Notes under the pieces: generated by a model
What the model saw: only the letters and a program-made list of their open reading frames with translations
What the model was told of the DNA's origin: nothing
Database searches by the model: none
In this document: positions 57,291 through 64,000 of the stretch, one piece after another
How the letters are laid out: each line of letters begins with the position of its first letter
How positions within the stretch are numbered: position 1 is the first letter of the stretch
Origin: Candidatus Muiribacteriota bacterium
GTDB lineage: Bacteria; Muiribacteriota; Muiribacteriia; Muiribacteriales; Muiribacteriaceae
Reading direction: 5' to 3'
DNA: 64,000 nt
Assembly (NCBI GenBank): GCA_051747805.1
Contig: JBNJGP010000001.1
Span: forward strand, 5,281-69,280
Translations under genes and position numbers: made by a program

Positions 57291-58663
57291 AAACCCGATT
57301 AACTAATAAATTAATTTTAACATACTCAATTTTTTTAATTATAATTCTTATAATATCTATTTTTACATATATTAAGTTGAACGAAATAAATAGTATTTTC
57401 CATTCAGCCATTAGAGAATATGAGTTGATTTTAAGAATAAACCGAGTAAAAATTGAATACTTTGAAGATAATAATCTTCATTTAAAAAATGATGAGGAAA
57501 TCAAAGATTTAAATATTGAGCTAAGAGAAATTCGAGAAATGCTGGAAAAAGTTTTAGAAGAAAATGAAATGTTTAATGTTCCTGATTTAACACTTCCTGG
57601 AACCCAAAATTATAATGAGAGAGTGTTAACTTTTATAAATCATTCTGAAAACACTCTGAGAAATCTTTATGAAATAAATATGCAGGAGGTTCAGGTAGCA
57701 AGAAATACTCTTATGGTTTTTGTTTCTTTTACTTTTATATTTGGAATTTTTCTTACCTTTTATTTTTCCCTCACTATTTCACGTCCAATAAATAATCTTT
57801 TAAAGGCGGTAAGGAAGTCAGAAGGTGATAAAATAACGAAAGTTGATAATAAGCTAATGGGAGGGGATGAGTTTGAACTCTTAAACAACGAGTTTAACCA
57901 GCTTTTAAAAAAAGTAAATAATTCCAAAAAAGAACTTTCGCGTATGAATGAAAATTTAGAGATTAAATTAAAGAAAAAAGCAGAAGAAATTAATGAAATT
58001 AACAAGAGAATGTATCATCATCAAAAGCTCTCTGCGCTTGGAAGGCTTGTGTCTGGAATAGCCCATGAAATAAAAAATCCCCTCAATGTTATGTTAAATA
58101 TTCTTCCTGATATTAAAACCGAGGATAAAGAAACTGTCGCTGTATTAAGAAAACAGATAAACCGGATAAATGTCCTCGTATCAGGATTTCTGGATTATGC
58201 AAGATATGAAAAATACTCCATTAAAAAGTTTGATTTTATAAACAGTCTCCAATCTGTTGTTTCTTTTTTTCAGAGGGCCAATAAAAATATTAATGTTATT
58301 ATGGATAATAAAACTGGAAACGATATTATTATTAATGGGGACGAAAACAGACTGGAACAGGCTTTTTTAAATTTACTTGTAAATTCAAAAGAAAGTATGC
58401 AAAATAATATAGAACCTGAAATTACAGTTGAAATTAAATGTATTAAAAATAAAGTTCAAATCAAATTCAGAGACAATGGTATTGGAATTCAAAAGTCAAA
58501 TATACAAAAAGTCTTTGAACCATTTTTTACCACTAAAAAAGAAGGGAATGGTCTTGGACTGGCAATTGTTTATAATATTATAAAATTTCATAAAGGAAGT
58601 ATTGAAATTGACAGCAGGAGGGGGGAATATACGGAGTTTACAATTTGCCTTAATATTGATTAA
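57287..58663 (+). CDS. Membrane sensor histidine kinase (HAMP-HisKA-HATPase_c), NtrB/AtoS-like
   Basis: Two TM segments, HAMP, H-box HEIKNPLN, N-box NLLVNSKE, G-boxes DNGIGI and GNGLGLAIV. Confidence 0.85.
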   Translation: MKTRLTNKLILTYSIFLIIILIISIFTYIKLNEINSIFHSAIREYELILRINRVKIEYFEDNNLHLKNDEEIKDLNIELREIREMLEKVLEENEMFNVPDLTLPGTQNYNERVLTFINHSENTLRNLYEINMQEVQVARNTLMVFVSFTFIFGIFLTFYFSLTISRPINNLLKAVRKSEGDKITKVDNKLMGGDEFELLNNEFNQLLKKVNNSKKELSRMNENLEIKLKKKAEEINEINKRMYHHQKLSALGRLVSGIAHEIKNPLNVMLNILPDIKTEDKETVAVLRKQINRINVLVSGFLDYARYEKYSIKKFDFINSLQSVVSFFQRANKNINVIMDNKTGNDIIINGDENRLEQAFLNLLVNSKESMQNNIEPEITVEIKCIKNKVQIKFRDNGIGIQKSNIQKVFEPFFTTKKEGNGLGLAIVYNIIKFHKGSIEIDSRRGEYTEFTICLNID

Positions 58664-58706
58664 TGGATTTAAACATAAATAGAAAAACAAAGAAAGGAAT
58701 TAAATT

Positions 58707-60053
58707 ATGAATGAAAAATTATTAATTTTAGAGGATGAAAACGAGGTTCTTTTTGCGCTGGAAAAGAATTTAAAAAAAGATTTTGATATTGAAATTGCAA
58801 CAGACCTGGAAATGTTTCATGAAAAAATAAACTATTTTAATCCAGAAGTGCTTTTGATGGATGTAAGATTGCCTGATGGGAACGCCATTGATTACATAAA
58901 AAAAGAAAAATTAAATAAAAAGAATTCCCTAATTTTTTTAATGAGCGGTTACGCTGAGGAAGAATATGTTATTGAGGGTTCCAAGCTGGAAATTTCAGGT
59001 TTTTTTAAAAAGCCTGTTCCTTATAATGAAATAAAATATATAATCAGAAAAAATATAAAAGAAAAAAATATAAAAGATGCTAATAAAATTTTGACAAGTA
59101 AGTTTGGAACTGAAATTATATGTAAAAGTCCGAAGATGGAAAAAACTCTGGAGGATGCTGTTACATTTGCACAGACAAATCAACCAGTTCTGATTACTGG
59201 GGAAACAGGTTCAGGAAAGCAGGTAATGGCCAACTTTATACATATTCATTCTAAGAGAAACAACAATACTTTTTTAGATATAAACTGTGCGGCTATTTCA
59301 GAGACATTGCTTGAATCTCAGCTTTTTGGCCATAAAAAGGGGGCTTTCACCGATGCGAAATCTGATTTTAAAGGTTTCTTTGAGCTTACTGATGGAGGCA
59401 CTTTATTTTTAGATGAAATTTCAGAAATGCGGCCGGAACTTCAAGCTAAACTTTTAAAAGTTGTTGAAAATCATGAAATTCTTCCGATTGGTGCAAATAA
59501 ACCTAAAAAAGTAGATGTTAGATTAATAACCGCAACAAATAGACCAATAGTACAGTATATAGAAAAAGGAAAATTCCGACAGGATTTATTTTATAGACTT
59601 AATGTTTTAAATATAAATATTCCGCCTCTTAGAAAACGTAAAGAAGATATACCCCTTCTTATTAAAAATTTTGTAAAAGAAGCTTCTAAAAAATTAAACA
59701 GGAGGGTTGAAGTTATTCCTGATAAAACTATGAAGAAATATATAGATTATGAATGGCCAGGTAATGTAAGAGAGTTAAAAAATGTAATATACCGCGCTGT
59801 TTTACTCTCAAGTGGAGAAGAACTTGAGGGGGATTTTTTTGTTGCGGGTAAAACAGCGAATAATTTTCAAAGCTATGAAATACCAGAGGAAGGAATAGAG
59901 TTAGAAAAAATTGTAATGGAACTTGAAAAGAATTATATTAAAAAGGCCCTGTATAAAACTGGAGGCTCTCAGAGCCAGGCTGCAAAGCTTCTGGGGATAA
60001 CCCGTGATATGTTAAGATATCGAATAAAAAACTATAAGATTACTTGCAAATAA
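58707..60053 (+). CDS. Sigma-54-dependent response regulator (NtrC family: REC-AAA+-HTH)
   Basis: REC LLMDVRLPDGNA. Walker A GETGSGKQ. ESQLFGHKKGAFTDA (GAFTGA motif variant). C-terminal HTH QSQAAKLLGITRDMLRYRIK. Confidence 0.9.
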   Translation: MNEKLLILEDENEVLFALEKNLKKDFDIEIATDLEMFHEKINYFNPEVLLMDVRLPDGNAIDYIKKEKLNKKNSLIFLMSGYAEEEYVIEGSKLEISGFFKKPVPYNEIKYIIRKNIKEKNIKDANKILTSKFGTEIICKSPKMEKTLEDAVTFAQTNQPVLITGETGSGKQVMANFIHIHSKRNNNTFLDINCAAISETLLESQLFGHKKGAFTDAKSDFKGFFELTDGGTLFLDEISEMRPELQAKLLKVVENHEILPIGANKPKKVDVRLITATNRPIVQYIEKGKFRQDLFYRLNVLNINIPPLRKRKEDIPLLIKNFVKEASKKLNRRVEVIPDKTMKKYIDYEWPGNVRELKNVIYRAVLLSSGEELEGDFFVAGKTANNFQSYEIPEEGIELEKIVMELEKNYIKKALYKTGGSQSQAAKLLGITRDMLRYRIKNYKITCK

Positions 60054-60098
60054 AAAAATTTACTGGTAATATTAATAAGATTTATTTAGGAGGCGAAC

Positions 60099-60389
60099 AT
60101 GGAATTTTTCAAGAAGTTATTTGGTTTAATGGTAAAACTTGGTTTTTTCCTAGTTGCATTAGGAGGGCTTTTTGTTTTTGGTTTAATTGCTTATGCTTAT
60201 GTTATGGATAAACTTGAAGAGGACGATGAGGAGGATTTTGATTTAGACGAAGATTTTGATGATGAAGATGAAGATGACTTTGAAGACGAGGAATCCGTAG
60301 AAGAAAGCGATGAATTTGATGATTTTGAAGAAGAAGAAAAGGCAGAAATTCATGATTTAAATGAGGATGAAAACAAAACTGAAAATTAA
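60099..60389 (+). CDS. Small membrane protein with extremely acidic (D/E-rich) C-terminal tail
   Basis: GGAGG RBS. TM LGFFLVALGGLFVFGLIAYAYV, then ~55 residues that are >60% Asp/Glu. Confidence 0.5.
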   Translation: MEFFKKLFGLMVKLGFFLVALGGLFVFGLIAYAYVMDKLEEDDEEDFDLDEDFDDEDEDDFEDEESVEESDEFDDFEEEEKAEIHDLNEDENKTEN

Positions 60390-60855
60390 ACAAGTTAATA
60401 TTAACGATAAGGAAAGTTTAAAAGAAATTTTAAAAATTGAAAAAGAGGCTTTTGGAAAAGGAGCTTTGCACTCCTGGGTGCTGGCTCCTTTTGTTATTTC
60501 ACAGGAAGTTTTTATTTTAACTGAAAAAGATAAAACGGTTGGTTGTGCAATTTTATTAAATGATTTTTCAAAAGAAACTTTTTTCTTTTTTTCCTTTGCA
60601 CTCTTAAAAAAATATCGTGGCAAGGGACTGGGTAAATATTTTTTTGGAAGAGTAATAAATAAAATATTTCAAAAATATAATGAACTTAATTACTTAAAAT
60701 TAACTGTTGATCCTGAAAAACAAGTTAATTTAAAATTATTTAAAAAAGTTGGTTTTGAAGAAAAAAAATTTTTAGAAGATTTTTATTCAGAAAATGAAAA
60801 TAGAATTTTAATGGAAATTTCAAGAAAGAGGTTTTATGAAGGCAATACTTTTTGA
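60361..60855 (+). CDS. GNAT-family N-acetyltransferase
   Basis: Acetyl-CoA motif A region KKYRGKGLGKYFFGRVINK (R/Q-x-x-G-x-G/A). Confidence 0.6.
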   Translation: MRMKTKLKIKQVNINDKESLKEILKIEKEAFGKGALHSWVLAPFVISQEVFILTEKDKTVGCAILLNDFSKETFFFFSFALLKKYRGKGLGKYFFGRVINKIFQKYNELNYLKLTVDPEKQVNLKLFKKVGFEEKKFLEDFYSENENRILMEISRKRFYEGNTF

Positions 60856-61504
60856 TATTGATGGCACTTTGATAAACTGTAATAAGGCTGGAAGAATAGC
60901 TGTTAGAAAAACATTTCTGGATCTTTACCATATTGATATAGAAAAAGAAAATATTGATTTTACTGGTAAAACTGATTTTTTAATTTACAGTCTGATAAAA
61001 AAAAGATTTGGCCTGAAAATATCAGATTATGATCAAATTATGATTACCTATATAAGTTATTTGGGACAAACAATAAAAGAAACTAAAGGATTTACATTAC
61101 CGGGGGTTTATGAACTGATAAGAACTCTCGCCCGGGATTCAGAGCTGGTGCTTGGTCTTTTAAGCGGGAATATTTATGATGGGGCAAGAATTAAACTGGA
61201 TTATTTTGACCTTTTTGATTATTTCCCCTTTGGAATATTTGGAAACAGCTCTCATGACAGGAATACTCTGGCTGATTTTGCCCTTAGAAGACTTAAACAT
61301 TTATATAATGACGATTTTAAGGGAGAAGATATTGTTGTAGTTGGAGATACAAAATTTGATATTATCTGTGGCAAATATATTGGCGCTAGAACAATTGGAG
61401 TTTTAACAGGTAAAACCTCAGAAGATGTTTTTAAAGAATATGAGGCAGATTATATTATCGAAGATCTTTCAAATCCGTCTCATTTCCTAAGTATAATAAA
61501 ATAA
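60836..61504 (+). CDS. HAD-superfamily hydrolase (phosphoglycolate phosphatase-like)
   Basis: Motif I MKAILFDIDGTLI, motif II LSGN, motif IV VVVGDTKFDI. Confidence 0.8.
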   Translation: MKAILFDIDGTLINCNKAGRIAVRKTFLDLYHIDIEKENIDFTGKTDFLIYSLIKKRFGLKISDYDQIMITYISYLGQTIKETKGFTLPGVYELIRTLARDSELVLGLLSGNIYDGARIKLDYFDLFDYFPFGIFGNSSHDRNTLADFALRRLKHLYNDDFKGEDIVVVGDTKFDIICGKYIGARTIGVLTGKTSEDVFKEYEADYIIEDLSNPSHFLSIIK

Positions 61505-61517
61505 CAAATTCTATGTA

Positions 61518-61538
61518 GGGCGCCCCTTTAGGGCACCC
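61518..61538. terminator. Possible hairpin between convergent HAD gene and ileS (weak; no T-run)
   Basis: GGCGCCCctttaGGGCACC. The 7-bp stem has one mismatch. Confidence 0.25.
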
Positions 61539-61575
61539 ATAATTTATTAAGGAAACAATATTTTTACCTCAGCGT

Positions 61576-64000
61576 TTAATTTACCTTAAGAGCAAGTTTT
61601 ACATTTTTACCATTAATATTCCATTCCATATAATCTAAAGAATCATCTTTTTCAAAAATAATTTTATTACATAAAGTTTCGGATTTCAGATAATCTTCAA
61701 AGTTTTCAACAGCCTTTTCTAACTCACTGTCTGAGTCAACAAATAAGAGAATTCTATCCATTACGTTAAATTCATTTGACTTTCTCATATTCTGAACTTT
61801 ATTAACAAGCTCTCTTACAAAACCTTCCTCAAGAAGCTCGGGAGTTATGTGGGTATTTAAGGCCACAAAAACCCCGCTTTCAGTAATAACAGAAAAATCT
61901 TTTTTCCCGTGACTTAGAATATTAACATCCTCATGGGACAGACTGACTTCTGAAGATTCAATATTAATTATAACCTGCTCCTCGTTTTGAAGCAGTTTTT
62001 TAGCAATGGAATTTTTAATTTCTTCGTTCATATTGGCAAGATACTCTTTTATTTTATTGACAAGTTTCCCATATTTTGGACCAAGAGTTTTAAAGTTAGG
62101 TTTTAATTCAAAATTAACAAATCTGGAATTATCTTCAGCAAAATTTACATCTTTAATATTTAATTCTTCCTGTATAAGATAAAGAGTTTTATGAAGGTTT
62201 TGTTCTACCGACTTGTTTAAACCACCTACAGTAAGCTCCGAAAGAGGCTGTCTGTTTTTTATTTTACTATCGTTTCTTGCGGCTCTGCCCATTGAAACAA
62301 TTTTAATAGTATTTTCCATTAACTCCTCAAGCTCTGAATCAATAAGCTCTCTGTTTCCTTCAGGATAATCATCCATATGAACGCTTAAAGGAGCGTTTTC
62401 GTCTATTTCCACTACAAGGTTCTGATAAATATCTTCAGATATAAAAGGAACAAAAGGAGCACATAATTTGGAGAGCTCGGTTAAAACAGTATAAAGGGTA
62501 TTATAGGCAGAAATTTTATCTTCATTGAATTCAGAAGCCCAGAATCTTCGTCTCGAGCGTCTTAGATACCAGTTTGAAAGATTGTCCACAAACTCCTGTA
62601 TTGCGCGTGTTGCCTTTGTAACATCATATTTTTCCATATATTCATTAACTTCAACAGCCACTCTGTTATAATAGGAAAGAATCCACTTATCAAGCAGGGG
62701 AAGTTCTCTGCCGGTTTTAAATTTATTCGGGTTGTAACCATCGATATTTGCATATAAAACAAAAAATGAGTAGGTGTTTTTTAAAGTACCCAGAAACTTC
62801 TGAATAGTTTCTGTAACAGCCTCAGGATAAAAAGCTTTCGGGGTCCAGGCAGGAGAACAGGAATAAAAATACCATCTTATAGCGTCAGCTCCCTGCTTGT
62901 TAAAAATATCCCAGGTATCAACTGTGTTTCCTTTTGATTTTGACATTTTATAACCATCTTTACCAAGAACATGTGCAGTTACCAGACAGTTTTTATAGGC
63001 GGGTTTATCATAAAGCAGGGTAGAGGTCGCAAGAAGTGAATAAAACCAGCCGCGTGTCTGATCAATTCCTTCACTTATAAATTCAGCCGGCATTGATTTT
63101 TCGAACTCTTCTTTGTTTTCAAAAGGATAATGAAGCTGTGCAGTGTGCATACAACCAGAATCAAACCAGCAGTCAATTACCTCAGAAACTCTTTTCATCT
63201 TTGAGTTACATTGTGGGCATTTTAAATATACATCATCAACATAAGGTTTATGAAGTTCAATATCATCAGGGCAGTTAATGGCTTTAGACTTCAGCTCTTC
63301 AATACTTCCAACTGAAACTTTATGCCCGCATTTATTATTTTCACAAATCCATATATTCAGAGGTGTTCCCCAGTATCTTTCGCGGGAAATTGCCCAGTCA
63401 ATGACATTTTCGAGGAAGTTTCCAAATCTTCCTTTTTGAATATAATCAGGTATCCAGTTTATCTGATCGTTATTTTTTAAAAGTCTGTCTCTTATTTCCG
63501 AGGTTTTTATAAACCAGGATTCTCTTGCAAAATAAAGCAGTGGGGAATCGCATCGCCAGCAGAACGGGTATGTATGCTCCACTTTCCTTGATTTATATAG
63601 TTGATTTCTTTTTTTTAGCACATACAGGATTTCAGGGTCCGCGTCTTTAACAAACATTCCTTTAAAATCAATAATATTTTCTTCAAACTTTCCTTCAAGA
63701 GAAACTGGCTGAAAAAAACCAAGATTGTTTTCAACTCCAATTTTATTATCATCTTCACCAAATGCTGGTGCAATATGAACAATACCAGTTCCATCTTCCA
63801 TACTTACAAAATCAGCATGAACTACCTCAAAGCCTTTTTTTCCTTCCTGAAGCTCACAATATTCAAAAAGCTGCTGGTATTTTTTGCCTACTATAGCTTT
63901 TCCATCAAATTCCTGAATAATTTTATAATCTTCTTCAATTACCTCCAGCCTTTTTTTAGCAAGAATAAGTTCGCCTTTTTCTGTTTGTATTCGGACATAT
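61576..64000 (-). CDS. ileS: Isoleucine--tRNA ligase, C-terminal ~800 codons; N-terminal part lies beyond the window end
   Basis: DGTGIVHIAPAFGEDD, KMSKS motif (KMSKSKGN), and anticodon-binding/C-terminal domain. The minus-strand frame stays open from the track's Met at 63801 to nt 64000 (..KKGFEVVHADFVSMEDGTG..), so the true start is outside the window. Confidence 0.9.
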   Translation of the reverse strand, partial: YVRIQTEKGELILAKKRLEVIEEDYKIIQEFDGKAIVGKKYQQLFEYCELQEGKKGFEVVHADFVSMEDGTGIVHIAPAFGEDDNKIGVENNLGFFQPVSLEGKFEENIIDFKGMFVKDADPEILYVLKKRNQLYKSRKVEHTYPFCWRCDSPLLYFARESWFIKTSEIRDRLLKNNDQINWIPDYIQKGRFGNFLENVIDWAISRERYWGTPLNIWICENNKCGHKVSVGSIEELKSKAINCPDDIELHKPYVDDVYLKCPQCNSKMKRVSEVIDCWFDSGCMHTAQLHYPFENKEEFEKSMPAEFISEGIDQTRGWFYSLLATSTLLYDKPAYKNCLVTAHVLGKDGYKMSKSKGNTVDTWDIFNKQGADAIRWYFYSCSPAWTPKAFYPEAVTETIQKFLGTLKNTYSFFVLYANIDGYNPNKFKTGRELPLLDKWILSYYNRVAVEVNEYMEKYDVTKATRAIQEFVDNLSNWYLRRSRRRFWASEFNEDKISAYNTLYTVLTELSKLCAPFVPFISEDIYQNLVVEIDENAPLSVHMDDYPEGNRELIDSELEELMENTIKIVSMGRAARNDSKIKNRQPLSELTVGGLNKSVEQNLHKTLYLIQEELNIKDVNFAEDNSRFVNFELKPNFKTLGPKYGKLVNKIKEYLANMNEEIKNSIAKKLLQNEEQVIINIESSEVSLSHEDVNILSHGKKDFSVITESGVFVALNTHITPELLEEGFVRELVNKVQNMRKSNEFNVMDRILLFVDSDSELEKAVENFEDYLKSETLCNKIIFEKDDSLDYMEWNINGKNVKLALKVN

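Noticed and set aside
60202-60623. Minus-strand ORFs (63 and 88 aa) overlapping the acidic-tail and GNAT genes
   Set aside because: They are antisense to RBS-supported genes, and the His/Leu-rich sequence is the complement of the GA-rich acidic-tail repeat.
1-64000. CRISPR arrays, tRNA/rRNA genes, transposases, integrases, restriction-modification or toxin-antitoxin genes
   Set aside because: I scanned all intergenic regions larger than 40 nt. I found no regularly spaced direct repeats, no cloverleaf-capable GC-rich ~75-nt segments, and no recombinase or nuclease motifs. The only repeats are the TIR elements reported above.

Overview
This is a visibly AT-rich (roughly 30% GC by eye) bacterial chromosomal segment. 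Genes are densely packed, often with overlapping stop/start codons, and Shine-Dalgarno sequences are strong. Secreted proteins with C-terminal Phe beta-barrel signatures indicate a diderm organism. No transposase, integrase, CRISPR array, rRNA or tRNA is evident.

Annotatable genes, in order: a 5'-truncated PAS/GAF hybrid histidine kinase; glyQS; a CoA-disulfide reductase/NADH oxidase-family flavoprotein; uvrA; a secreted GH13 enzyme with a CBM48 domain; a glycogen cluster (rpe, GalT-like, glgA, GalT-like, divergent phosphohexomutase); coaE; def-fmt-secG; an M16 peptidase; a GlcD-like FAD oxidase; panD; a radical-SAM TIGR03960/TIGR03936 pair followed by RNase G; a four-gene Na+-translocating biotin decarboxylase operon (carboxyltransferase, gamma/delta, BCCP, beta); two TPR membrane proteins; an NtrB/NtrC-type two-component pair; a GNAT acetyltransferase; a HAD hydrolase; and the 3' part of ileS running off the window end.

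The features most worth a second look are:
- a small intergenic repeat family with 16-nt terminal inverted repeats, not coding and not matching any RNA family I recognise, present in 3 copies plus degenerate remnants (MITE or structured-RNA like);
- a split, domain-order-inverted and catalytically degenerate PrkC-like module (PASTA protein plus tail-anchored pseudokinase) sitting exactly where prkC sits relative to rpe in Firmicutes;
- two paralogous GalT/HIT-type nucleotidyltransferases bracketing glgA, with no glgC in the window;
- REC-RsbW-kinase and REC-STAS fusion proteins that suggest a receiver-gated partner-switching circuit;
- the conserved-but-uncharacterised rSAM/TIGR03936/rng cluster, with a possible leaderless promoter.

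All functional calls come from motif recognition by eye. No database searches were run.
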